Below are positions 12,868 through 24,399 of a stretch of 64,000 bases of DNA, piece after piece. How positions within the stretch are numbered: the first letter of the stretch is position 1; the number at the start of each line of letters is the position of its first letter. Both the position numbers and the translations under genes were made by a program. Origin of the DNA: Felis catus (lineage: Eukaryota); the NCBI RefSeq assembly GCF_018350175.1, contig NC_058368.1, forward strand, positions 77,626,001 to 77,690,000, written 5' to 3'. The notes under the pieces are model-generated. The model was not told the DNA's origin. It ran no database searches and saw nothing but the letters and a program-made list of their open reading frames with translations.

Positions 12868-13083
12868 GACTTCCACACACAAATGGAGAGGGCGGCACAA
12901 TTCAGCCCACAATGGAAATATTCCATTATTAAGAGCAATCTCCTGTGGCCTCTTCCACATTTAGTTCTGGAGACGTGCAAGACACAACATACAGGGAGGC
13001 TTCCTAATCCTAGGGCTCCAGGAAGGACAGCTGCACTACCAAGAAGAACATGTACAAGGCTCTTTTCAATCAGGAGTGTATCT

Positions 13084-13145
13084 CAATATCCCATTCCAAT
13101 GCTGAATGAGACCTATTCCAATATCCCATTCCGATGCTGAATGAG
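13084..13145. repeat. 27-bp direct repeat (1 mismatch) with an 8-bp spacer
   Basis: caatatcccattcc(a/g)atgctgaatgag at 13084-13110 and 13119-13145. Confidence 0.92.
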
Positions 13146-13463
13146 CTCAGGAGACTGAGCTGCTATAACTGACTGTCAGGAGACCAATGGCAGTGATAAT
13201 CATGGCAAGGACGAGACTGTAAGGTATCATGGAGACATGCCTCTCTGGTGGGGCCAAGTAATGATGACATAGGGCACTCACAGAAAGTACTGTGAAAAGT
13301 CCCATCACTAGCACTGAATGAAAGAACTGGAATAAAATGCTGAAGTGTCATCCTTGTCAACTTAAGCTGCGTTGTATCAGACGAGGTAATGCAGTCCTTT
13401 CACAGTGTCCTGGAGATGAGATTGTCACACTCTACCTGCTCACACCCTCCTGTCAGGACTTCC

Positions 13464-13465
<2 letters not shown>

Positions 13466-13501
<36 letters not shown>
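13466..13501. repeat. (TG)n microsatellite
   Basis: Uninterrupted TG run. Confidence 0.97.
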
Positions 13502-13502
<1 letters not shown>

Positions 13503-15133
13503 ATGTGCGCGTCTGGAAAATTACTTCCAGGTGAAAATTATAAAACAGGAATTATAAATATTAATTGGTTGATATTAATCAGACTGCCTGTGTGTGTGTG
13601 TTCATATAAATATATATAAAATCAGTTAAGATAATGGCAGAGCCTGAAGGAAGCAAGGTGGTCCTGGGGAAATATTTGAAGGAGAGAACTCTACCCTTTG
13701 TGGAAGGGAACAGCTGTAACCTTAAGTCAACGTTCTGGTTTGCATTGCCCTCAATCCCACAAACATCTGCCGAGAGACTCTAAGCAGTGAGCTAACCCTC
13801 CCAGTAAGGAAACCACCATTAGAACCATTCCTGAAGTCTGCCATTCCAGACGCCATCCCCATGTATCTACTTCTCTTTCGAACTCCATGCAGTGTCCATA
13901 GCTGACTGCCTTCTGCCTGTCCCTTGTATTTCCTTTCTCTTCTCTAGGCCTCAGAGAGGCCAAGAAGAGGAAGAATCACTTAGAGACGCTCCAGGATTCA
14001 ACCTGTAATCTGTGTGTTCCCTGACACGAAGGTAAAACGTCTGCGGAATGTCACGGAATTTTGATGAAAACGTGGAAATGTTTTGCAAACTCACTGCACC
14101 CATCTGGTGCTTCTCGACTGGCATGTCTATTAATTGCATGTACATGTCAGCCAACAGAAATGATTCCCAGGCATTCCTGTGTCAGTGGAGGCAATCCCCC
14201 AGGATTCTGCTCTTGTTGTGTGTGAGCTGTTCCCGACTCTGCCAAAGTCTCTGTTTGTATTTAAACACTACTTGATATTAACATTTGGCTTCCAACACTT
14301 TGATTTTTAGAGCTCCCCACAGACACGACCTTGGATTCATCCCTTTGCTCTGTATTTGTCAAGTAGAATAACCTATTACAGTTTCCAGTTTTAGGCCCTA
14401 AGGATCTAATCCCTGGCTCTTGTCTGTTTAATTAGTGGTCACAGAAAGGAGGGGAATCAAAAACTTACTTTGATGTTTAATGTTAATATATCTTCCTATA
14501 TATAGAAAATTCCAAATCCTAAAAATAACCCAGGGATTGGGATATAAGGCTTATGATGAAATGACGGCCATTCTGAAAAATGGTTAAAATTGGGGTGGCT
14601 AATATGCTCTTACATAATTGATCCTGATATAGATGAACTTGACTGATATTTATTCATTCTCCCTCCACCAGCTTGACAATGTTCCAGAAGTAGAAAAATA
14701 ATGGGCAATTCATTTTTCACCCTGGTTGTCCTTTTCAAAAAAAGAATTTGGTATTTTTTTTCTCTAAACTCCATGGTAAAGGTTATAATTTCCACCTTTA
14801 AAAATCATTTTGAAGGAAGAAGTGTGGAATGATTCTCCCTGCAAAACGATTACCTTTTTTTACACATTCTCTTATCATTTTGGCTATCCAAAGCTTAACA
14901 TTGTTAAAATTCAGATTTTGCCCAGTTATCCAATGGATTCAAAAGGGTGAGATTTTGCCCTCACCCCAAAAAAGAGACACGGAATCTTAAATGTTGATGG
15001 TTTTAAGTAATTCATTCATAAACAAATATCCAAAAAAATCCCAAGCAATACAGAATAAATGGACAAGAACACATATGCCTTCTCACGGATACTTCTCAAA
15101 ACTGAGTGGAAGCATTTTAAAATGGTGGCTCTT

Positions 15134-15301
15134 GGGTCGCCTGGGTGATTCAGTCTGTTGAGTGACTCTTGGTTACGGACTGAGGTCATGATCTCACAGT
15201 TTAGGAGATCAAGCCCCGTGATGGGCTCTTTGCTCACAGCACAGAGACTGCTTAGGATTCTTTCACTTCTTCTCTCTCTGCTCCCCTCCTCCACCACTCA
15301 T

Positions 15302-15333
<32 letters not shown>

Positions 15334-15358
15334 AAAATAAATAAATGAACATTAAAAA
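15134..15358 (+). mobile_element. CAN-SINE
   Basis: TSD aaaatggtggctctt/aaaatggtggccctt; (CT)n and A tail. Confidence 0.95.
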
Positions 15359-15548
15359 AATGGTGGCCCTTGGGTACTTCTTTTGTGGCAACATGCAGTT
15401 AATACTTAATATATATTTGTTATATGATTAAGAGAATGAATTGTTGGTTAGGAAAACATAAGCATTACATTCTTCCAACTTGAAAATGTGCGAGAAACAA
15501 AAGCATTCTCTTTGAATTTTTAACAAATAAGAAAATCGACTTCCTCAC

Positions 15549-15567
15549 TCTTGGCCAGGAGCGAAAT
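15549..15567 (-). CDS. Candidate coding micro-exon C (19 nt, FRSWPR)
   Basis: Acceptor gccttcttcacttacag|, donor AGA|gtgagg; phase 2 to 0, bridging exons B and D. Confidence 0.45.
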
Positions 15568-16398
15568 CTGTAAGTGAAGAAGGCTGAATCCAGGGGTGAT
15601 ATAAGAGCTCCTATTTTAGAGCAAAATGCCTTGGTGGAACTGAAAATATGAATCTTAGTGAGTAGCATATTCATAGCTTATAGTAAGTATAGCTTTTGCA
15701 ACCAAAATCCCCATAAAACCAATACACCTATAGGTTGCATGCATGGCATTTACTGTAGAAGCCTCAGACTCAGGGATGTGGCTAGATATAGGCACCTGCA
15801 ATAAAAACTTCATATCAGCTCTCTTACTATTTGCTTAATGGGAAAAACAATGCAGGTGGGGAGTTACAGAGAAAATATATACACCTAAGACAGAGATGCA
15901 TTTTGTCATACTCTCAGAAGGAAAGAAATGCTGTTCAACCTTTCACATAAACCTACTTGTATATACAAGTATATATACCTATATATGATATAAGTTAGTG
16001 CTCTTTTGTATAGATCTAAAATAGAAAAATGGATGTGTGTATATATGCATGAATGTGAGTTCGAGCATGCCTGAGCATGTGCACGTGTGTTTGTGTGCAT
16101 TCGCGTGTGTGTGCGCACAGGTGTGTGCATGTGTGTGTGTCTCTGTAAATAAGCACTTACGTTGGCACACACAGCCAAACACCCACAACGTAGTGAGATG
16201 TCCGACGTTCACAGTTCATCTGAAATATACTGTACTTCCCAAAAAGTAACCCCTCAAAACTAAAACAAAAGACACACACAATGCCTGAGAGAAGAAATCA
16301 GTTTAGCTGATGAAAAAGTAAGGTCCCCCTTGCCCACCTGCTCTGTGCCACCGTTTCTCAAAACTGCATGGCGGGCCGTGTTGTTGCCACCAGGATAC

Positions 16399-16527
16399 CT
16401 CAGCCCTGAGTCTCTGGCCTGCAGATCCTTGATTAATTCAAGTTCTCTGGCTTTCCATTCTCTGGAAGAGTTCAGACTTTCTTCACATCCTACCAACACT
16501 CTCAGGGTTTCAAGTGATGGGGAACTC
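16399..16527 (-). CDS. Candidate coding exon B (129 nt, SSPSLETLRVLVGCEESLNSSREWKARELELIKDLQARDSGL)
   Basis: Acceptor cctttcctcttggtagtatgtctcag|G, donor GAG|gtatcc; symmetric phase 2; charged, helix-like peptide. Confidence 0.55.
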
Positions 16528-16569
16528 CTGAGACATACTACCAAGAGGAAAGGTACCATGGAAAGTTAA

Positions 16570-17700
16570 ATATATAGATCAGATTTTAGAAATGTTTTAA
16601 CAGTTGAAGAACTACTTTGCAAATTATTCCAAGCACACTACTGTCATTGAGCTGTTTTGAAAATAAAGCCTGTGAAGTTTTGCTGTATTTGTTCAAAATA
16701 AGTGGAAACTTTTCACCAAAATATTTGATAAAGCATCAAAACACTTCAGCTTTTGATTCTTAGAGTGCTTTTTAGTACTAATAGCAATTGAAAACAAAGT
16801 GTGTAAAATGGAAAAACAAAACAGTATTTTTTTATAAAAGCAAGAAAGGAACAGAACAAATTAATCTGAATAAAATAATGTGACAAGAGTTTTGTGTTCA
16901 AGATTTACTTTTGATATTCTAGTATAGAGTCTTGGAATATATCAACTCACGGGAAGAATCTTTTGAAGGAACTCCTATTTTTAACTGGAAAAATTTATTC
17001 TCTGTTACCAAGATTGCCTAGTATTTGGAAAGCCTAAAGTTTTGAAGCATGTAAAATTCACAAAGTATTTAAAATGATAATGATAAATACACATTGTTCT
17101 GGTTTGTCACAAAAGTATTTCAAAGGTAGTATCACTTGAGACAAAAAATGTGATAATATTTGCATTCAAATATTTATCTATTTAAATATAAACAAAGTTA
17201 TATTGAGAATACTCTCCAACTAGTAAAATTTTCTCTAATTTTTTCCTAGCATCTGTAAAGGTAATTTTTCCTAAATTAAAACTAGGATAGCATGACCAGA
17301 ATTAACTGGGCATAGCGATAGTTTCAAATTTTGTGAAAATAAGTGAGACAATGTAAAACACATCTTTAAAGAAAAAGTTTACTTACTTTGAGGCAGGGAG
17401 GGGCAGAGAGAAAGGGAGAGAGAGAATCCCAAGCAGGCTCCACACTGCCTGACATTGGGCTCGAACTCATGAACCATGAGATCATGACCTGAGCTGAAAT
17501 CAAGTGTTGGACACTTAACTGACTGAGCCATCCAGGTGCCCCTAAAATGCATCTTTGATGAAGACTGTAGAAAATTATATTTTTAAAAAATTAAGACCAT
17601 ATTTTAAAAAGCAATCTACTGGAAAATACCAGGGATATAATATTTGGGAAAGATGCAGCCAATACACCCATTAAAAGTATGTGCAAATTTATCAAGAATA
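16570..17700 (+). mobile_element. Degenerate hAT (Blackjack-like) transposase fossil
   Basis: Local translations IDQILEMF*QLKNYF (16574), LEYINSREESFEGTPIFNW (16932), ASVKVIFPKLK (17249; resembles the hAT dimerisation motif ASVERxFS); stops and frameshifts. Confidence 0.65.
17368..17542 (-). mobile_element. CAN-SINE inserted in the hAT fossil
   Basis: TSD taaaacacatcttt/taaaatgcatcttt. Confidence 0.93.
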
Positions 17701-18256
17701 ACAATTGTGTTAGTGTTACTACTTAATGTTCAAAAAATTCAGATGAGGTTACTAAGGGCTGTTTTGTTTTAATATGCATGGATTTTGTTATTTTTTATTT
17801 TTGAAATGAATTTCACTGAAAATGATTTGCACATAACTCTTTTCCAAGAGCTTCCAAAACAGTTTGTTGGTCAATACATACATTTTTAAAGTAAAGTATT
17901 TCAAACATCCTTTTTCAATACTCAAAATTGTCTCCAGTTGGGCAACAGATGATATGGTTGATCAAATTTCACTATACTGCTCTTGTATTTTTCTAAAATG
18001 TGTTTAATCTCTTTTCTGAACTATCTTTGAAACCTAGCAAAAAGTAAGACAAATTTAAGTTTGCTTTTATTAACTGGTCTTGGCATGATCAATTTTGCTT
18101 TTTATCTTTAAAAGTGTCTTAAACAATCTTCTGTTGTGACATAGTTTATAAACCAAAGCTTGATGTATCTATCATTCTGCTCAGAAGTAACTGATGGGGC
18201 CGGTTTAGATAAGAATCCACAGAGGCACTCCTTCCCCACTGAAATTATTTAGATAC

Positions 18257-18294
18257 CTGATTAGTGCAACCCCACGAGAGGGGCTCCGAGAATG
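18257..18294 (-). CDS. Candidate coding exon A (38 nt, HSRSPSRGVALI)
   Basis: Acceptor cctcatttactctatag|, donor CAG|gtatct; phase 0 to 2, matching exon B. Confidence 0.5.
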
Positions 18295-18376
18295 CTATAG
18301 AGTAAATGAGGTCTTAATTGCATGTATATTCTGATGTGGCCAACATATACATCCGTGTTAACCACCGGGAACCTAC

Positions 18377-18444
18377 CATCAACTCCAGGATGTTACAAGG
18401 ATTTCATTTTCTTGTCCAGCAATCCACTGGGGAGTATGCTGTCT
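18377..18444 (-). other. Candidate exon ending in ATG (5' UTR plus start codon)
   Basis: Acceptor ggattttattttaaag|, donor ATG|gtaggt; 82-nt intron to exon A; all three frames contain a stop. Confidence 0.4.
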
Positions 18445-18689
18445 CTTTAAAATAAAATCCGAAATATCTTTATCACAACAAATACTGGAGATAAATTAAA
18501 GCAAATTATTATTTTGTCAACTGGTTTTTGCCTGACAGGCTTTTCCCTAGAGCTGCTCATTTCCATGTCAAAGGAAAAAAATATTATGCATCTCTAAAAT
18601 AAACAGACCACTTTTAAATTATCCTCACCCAACTGAAAGAATTGTCACTTTAACAAACAATGTCGAGCCTCTTTTCCTGCTGTACTAAT

Positions 18690-18862
18690 TACCAATCAGC
18701 CCTAATGGCAGGTGACTGGAGATACGTGATTGCATAATGCATGTAGAATAGGATAAAGGCAAAATCAAACCCACATTGGACAGCTTGGAGTCAACAAAGA
18801 CTTTTTACACAAGCAGTTTGACTTTTTAATTGTTCTTGGATTAATTAAGTTATTTATTTTAG
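18690..18862. promoter_or_regulatory. Candidate promoter/enhancer motif cluster upstream of the minus-strand exon chain
   Basis: CCAATCAG (NF-Y box, 18692), ATTGCATAAT (C/EBP-type, 18729-18738), GTTTGACTT and TATTTATTT (forkhead-like); minus-strand donor GG|gtgagg at 18629. Confidence 0.3.
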
Positions 18863-18930
18863 CATTAAGCTGAATTATGAGATCACACCCTCATCATTTC
18901 TTATAAAAGGCATTTTAATCTCCATACCTA

Positions 18931-19436
18931 TTGAGGGCAGATGTTCAGATGGCCTCCAATGATCCCTACCTCCATGCCCATGAGTAATCCCCTCCTCCTG
19001 AATGTGGGCTGACCTAGTAACACTGATGGGATGTCCCTTCCACATGAAGGCTTCATAAGGCAGCGATTTCACCCTTACTAACTGACTCTCTCCTTTGCTG
19101 GCTTTGACGAGGCAAGCAGCCACACTGGAAAGGCCCATGCAGTTAGGAACTGAGCAAGGCCTCCAGCCAGCAGTCTTTCATCTGACAACTCTCAGAATCT
19201 GAATTGTGCCAATGACCACATCAACTTGGAAATGGATCCTTCCACATTCAAGGCTTCAGATGAGGCTTCGTCCCTGCCCGAGACCTTGAAAGCAGTCCTG
19301 GAGAAACCCAGAGCAGAGGAGCCAGTTAAGCCGTGCCTGGACTCCTGACCCACAGGCTCTATGAGGTGATACACGAGGGTCATTTTAAGCCACTACTTAT
19401 GTGGCAATTCATTATGCAGCAATGGAGAACTAACAC
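18931..19436 (+). mobile_element. MaLR solo LTR (MLT1H-like)
   Basis: gatggcctccaatgatcc...taatcccctcc...gctggctttgacgaggcaagc...tatgcagcaatggagaactaacaca. Confidence 0.82.
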
Positions 19437-19549
19437 AACACTTGATGCTATATGTAGGTTTCATTTTTATTTTGTAAATCATTAATGGGTTTTGCTCATA
19501 AATAGGTCAACTAGAGGAATCTTGTTGCAACCACCTTTCATTAAGAGAC

Positions 19550-19960
19550 ACTGAAAAGTACAGGCTTTGAAGTCAGAGCTGAATGTGAAATGTTTGTTTA
19601 TACAAAGTATTTGAATTCTCTTGGTCTCAGTTTCTTTGCCCCTAGAAGTGGTTATATCATTCTTTTCTTTTTAAGTTTATTTATTTATTTTAAGAGCATG
19701 AGAGAGAGAAGAGTGTACAAGCAGGGGAGGGGCAGAGAGAGAGGGAGAGAGAGAATCCCAACCAGGCTCCGTGTGGTCAGCGCAAGCCATAAGATCATGT
19801 CCAGAGCTGAAACCAAGAGGCAGATGCTTAACTGACTGAGCTACCCAGGCGCCCCAGGGGTTATATCATTCTTACTTGAGTGAGTGCTGGCTTGTCGCAG
19901 TTTAAGAAGTGACTGTGTACTCACTTAACAGGCTATCTGGAATGAGCACTGTTAGTAGTT
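19550..19960 (+). mobile_element. MIR interrupted by a CAN-SINE
   Basis: caggctttgaagtcaga...tctcttggtctcagtttc MIR-like core. Confidence 0.55.
19665..19855 (-). mobile_element. CAN-SINE
   Basis: TSD ggttatatcattctt on both sides. Confidence 0.93.
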
Positions 19961-20906
19961 CTGAGGATAACATTATAATCCATGACTTTTAGGATTTTTC
20001 CTCGTTTCTGGCCATGCTATCACCCCAACTCATCATGTTTTCAGCACAATCTATTTCCCCAAATGTCAGGCCTCTGCAAAAACTGTAAGAAGGGTCCTGC
20101 TAGAGGCCAAGAGTTTTCTCACTATCAAGGTGTCTAGGCTTGGGTGCCCAGCTAATTGCAGTTTCTTGCCACACCTAGGGCTGGCATGCCCTATCTGATC
20201 CCAAATTCTGCTTCCCACCTTTTCTTTTCCTATTGCTCTGCCTTTTCACTCTGTTTCCGGAATCCCTTCCGGTTTGGAGGCATAGAAGGGCGATCATGGA
20301 CACAACTCAAAGTTTTGAATTCTTGTACTTAAAAGCTACTTTAAGCTATTTTTTTTTTAATTCCCGACATCTCCCTTTCCTGTGTAATGAACACAGTGGC
20401 TCTAACAGAGCACATATGCAACTGGTCGAAACCCTGCTGAGTAAAGAGCCGCTCGGCAGGCAAATCTGGTCTGGGAAAACAGCAGCATGTCTGAAGTGAT
20501 TAGATGTCCAGGCTACTCCAGAACCCTGTTTATTTGGTCTTTACAATGCATAATTCAACATTTTAAATGTTCTCTGAAGATGAAAAAGAATGCATTTTTC
20601 ATAGCTTATATGACATGCCCGATGTAATACTTAAGCAAGCTGCTAAATCAGTCCTACAAAGCAGGGGAAAAAAGTGGTCAGTGGCTCTAATAAATGCTAA
20701 GCACGGAAGGCAAGTTCTTCCATGAGGAAATCCAGGACCTTTTCTCCCCCCAAAGATGAAAGAAAAGCAATGACTCACCTCATTTAGGAACATTATTATT
20801 TATGATTGAAATTATATGCCTTTTCAGTTTTTTTCCCCTTTTTATATCTGAACTGGGAGAATTTTATTTTTCCTTCACATAACCATAATCTCGTATTTAA
20901 AAAGTG

Positions 20907-21025
20907 GGGGCGCCTGGGCGGCTCAGTCAGGTGAGCGTCCGGCTTCATCTCAGGCTGTGATCTCACAGATTGTGAGTTCGAGCTCCACGTCGGGCTCTGT
21001 GCTGGCAGTGAGGAGCCTGCATGGG

Positions 21026-21067
<42 letters not shown>

Positions 21068-21122
21068 TCTCTCTGCCCCTCCCCCACTTGCAGTCTGTTT
21101 CTCAAAATAAATGAACTCAAAA
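20907..21122 (+). mobile_element. CAN-SINE with a long (CT)n
   Basis: Head ggggcgcctgggcggctcag; TSD aaaaagtgg. Confidence 0.95.
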
Positions 21123-21687
21123 AAAAGTGGTCGTGAGATTGTTTTAGTTTGTGGGAAGGAATAAAAGGGTAGAGTACTATTATCTGTTAACCTTCTTAAT
21201 TGGACAACATAAAAGTAAGACTGAGGATTTGCCTCAGTGTTAACTGATGCTCTTACCATGCATCAGGGAACAACTAATAACAGTTTTGAAAAGATAAATG
21301 TTTAGTTAGAGATCTTTCTGTAAGGCACACACATGAGAGGATGTCATCGTCATAATAAAGGTGACCTTAACTTCCACCCTAAGGTACACTTTTCGAAGGA
21401 GACAGGGAATCAAAACCTTCCCCCTTGTACCTCAGGGTGGACTCCTTTTCTCCTAACTAAAACTTAATTCTGAAAGATCACTTGACGGAGATTCTGTCAG
21501 CGTGCAGCTTGCAACCTGGAGGTTAAAACAGCTCCTGAAACCTGCATTCACCATTCCGGAATGAAAGCAATTTGAAATCCAATGGCCATTCAAGGGCACT
21601 CAGGGGCCCCATAATAGATCCCCTGAATGAAGATGGCTTCCGTGAATTTTCCCACTGAGACAATATAGCTAATACTTGAAAAAAGTA

Positions 21688-21905
21688 GGGATGCCTGGGT
21701 GGCTCAGCCGGTTGAGTGTTTGACTTGATTTCAGCTCAGGTCATGATATCAGAGTGCATGGGTTCAAGTCCTATATCAGGCTACGGGCTGACAGCACAGA
21801 GCTTGCTTGGGATTCTCTCTCTCCTCTCTCTGCCCCTCCCTCGCTCATCCACACCTCCCCCCCCGCAAATAAACAAATAAATAAATAAATGAACATTAAA
21901 AAAAG
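21688..21905 (+). mobile_element. CAN-SINE
   Basis: gggatgcctgggtggctcagccgg head; (AAAT)n tail. Confidence 0.93.
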
Positions 21906-22439
21906 AAATACTTTTCTAATTACTGTAACGGTCATGTAGAGCTTTGAAATATTTTGATGTTAAACTGAGCCATGGAAAGCAAATCTTGAAGACTAAACAG
22001 TTTGATTCCTAAGTAGGCAGTTACCAAATAAACATGCAATACGTGCTCATGAAAATTTAGAGAATCAATTTCAGTACTAAATAATAAACAGGGGTGTCAG
22101 CAATGAAGCTAGAAAGTCCACAAATAATCCAATGCTGTCCACCACATATACTTCAGTAGGAATATAAATTTACTACAGAATGAATCTTGTGGATTCTATA
22201 CAGCGTAGCAAAATAGTAACAATAGCCAAATAATAACAAGGAGTTTAAAATGAGGAATCGCTGAACAAAACCCAACATGAATGGACTGTCAGCTTCCTAT
22301 TGAAAGTTCTCAGGGATAGGAGACTTGGCTGCTGGCTGGGCCCCGAATGGTGGGTGTCCGATCTCAACTCAATTTAATAGGTTCTTTTTAAAAAAGGACC
22401 TACGCCCCACCCCAATGACCACTGCAGTGAAATGATACT

Positions 22440-23010
22440 ATTCATGTAACACTCATTCACCCAATATGGATGGAATATCAGGCGCGGAGACAGACGATGG
22501 AGACACAATAATGCACAAAACAGAAATGACCCCTCACTGGGCTTATGGTCTCAGGAATAAATCCAATCACCACATGACCACATGAAGAGCGCAAAAAGGC
22601 AACCTGTGAGAAGGCAAGGCCAGGCAGAGGGAAATACGAGAAGTGGAGGCTATGATGTGTCTGGACAATCAGGGAAGATTTTCCTGGAGAACTACTGCCT
22701 GGGCTCCACCATGAGAGAGAAACAGATGATCAGCAAGGAACACCGAGGCTTAGAAGAGCAGTGTGTGCCCCGTCTCAGCGTGAAAGACGACTTAGGCCCA
22801 TTCAAGGAACTCAAAGAACATCAATGGTGGTAAAATAGATTAGAGAAGTGGACATACTCTAAGAGCGCCGCATGATGTCTCATATATTGATCACAACAAC
22901 CAGTGAAGTCACTTTTAATACGGTTCTCATTACATACATGTGGAGACCAAGGCTTACAGAAAGTTTGAGCAACTTATCTGTAGCCATCCAGAAAGTAAAT
23001 TACAGATCTC
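22440..23010 (-). mobile_element. L2 3' fragment followed by a MIR fragment
   Basis: tcattcacccaatat...gagacacaataatgcacaaaacaga (L2 antisense); tcacaacaaccagtgaag...ggagaccaaggcttacagaaagtttgagcaactt (MIR antisense). Confidence 0.55.
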
Positions 23011-24119
23011 GATCTGATAACATCAGTCAGTGTGAATTACAGAAGACAGCACAGAGGCAGACGGCAGATTTCCACCCACACTTTTCATCTGTCTGATACT
23101 ATTGCTTCTTTTGCTGTCCCACCCCCACACATGCTTTCTTCAGAGCAAACCCACCACTGCCAACAGGCCACTTTTTCCTGTCTATTGATTACCCAGAAGG
23201 TGACAGCTTTTTAATTTCAATCACCAGATGTTGAGAATGGGACACACCATAATAGCAGCAAAGGGATTTAATAGAAGTGTATGTGATAATGAAAAGTATA
23301 CATGCATTAAGTCCTATAAATTGGAAATATTGGAAGGTATATCATCAGCTTTTAAGGGTGCAGTCTTACAACAAATTTATGCAAATGCTCCATTGCTACA
23401 CATATACATAAGTCCAGTAATGATGCTTGGAGTGTCCCAAGGAGTGGTAAATATTTAAAATATAAGTGGGCTCAGAAGAGATTTTTTTAAGTTGGGGTCG
23501 GAGCAATAAAGGTCAATTGTCTTCGGTTCAACTGGTTAAATTATCGGTGGCAGGTGGTTCATATCAACGTGACACCTTTTTCATCTGATTTTCAGGATGT
23601 CACATGCTTCTGGTTTTCCCGTATCTCCTTGGAATTTCTGTGGGTCTCCTCATCTTCCTGATGATGTGTCAGGCTCTGACCATCTTGGGCCTTTGATCTT
23701 TCCTATCGTCACTTACCCACATTATGATCTCACCCAATGGCTTTTGGCTGATGAGCCCTCAAAATGTTATCTCTGGTCTCCTCCTCCTCCTCCTCCTCCT
23801 CCTGGACTTGTGCCTTTTGATGTCTATTTGAAAATGTTTCTTGGAAGTGCATGTGCCCCAAACTGAAAACTACTGATTCTCTTCTGCAAGTATTTTCCTC
23901 CTTTAGTGCTCCTATGTCTTCCTGAACAAGCCCAGGCTTTGTTCACTCAGGGGAAAAATAGAAATAAAAATTCACACACCCTCATTTCTCTCACACCAAA
24001 CATCCAATCCACCAGCAAACCCCAACATCTCCCTGCACCCAACTTAATTAGGGTCATTGCTGCCTCTGACCTAAAGTTCTATTTCTACTTCCTCATAGGC
24101 ATCCTTGCTCTTTATTCTT

Positions 24120-24159
24120 TTTTTTTTTTAATTTTTTAAATGTTTATTTATCTTTGAGA

Positions 24160-24211
<52 letters not shown>

Positions 24212-24376
24212 ATGAGCAGGAGAGGGGCCGAGAGAGGGGGAGACACAGAATCCAAAGCAGACTTCAGGCTCTGAGCTGTCAGCACAGAGCCCAACATGGG
24301 GCTCGAACTCACGAACCGTGAGACCATGACCTGAGCCGAAGTCAGTGTTTAACCAATGGAGCCACCCAGGCGCCCC
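24120..24376 (-). mobile_element. CAN-SINE with a long (GA)n
   Basis: TSD ctctttattctt. Confidence 0.95.
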
Positions 24377-24399
24377 TCCCTCTTTATTCTTGATTTCCT

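Larger units (their letters stand above)
11918..12912 (-). mobile_element. MaLR LTR (MLT1B-like) hosting two insertions
   Basis: tagtttgctaggg...ggcttaaacaacagaaattt ... cagtcacattctgaagtgtggggttaaggac / gacttccacac...cacaattcagcccacaa. Confidence 0.82.

Noticed and set aside
1399..13145. Direct repeats as a CRISPR-like array
   Set aside because: Only isolated two-copy duplications, no repeat-spacer periodicity, and the DNA is mammalian
14614..14795. 182-nt minus-strand AG/GT-bounded open frame between exons C and D
   Set aside because: Weak acceptor, long A and T homopolymers, and inclusion shifts the frame into a stop in exon E; it only works if E is skipped
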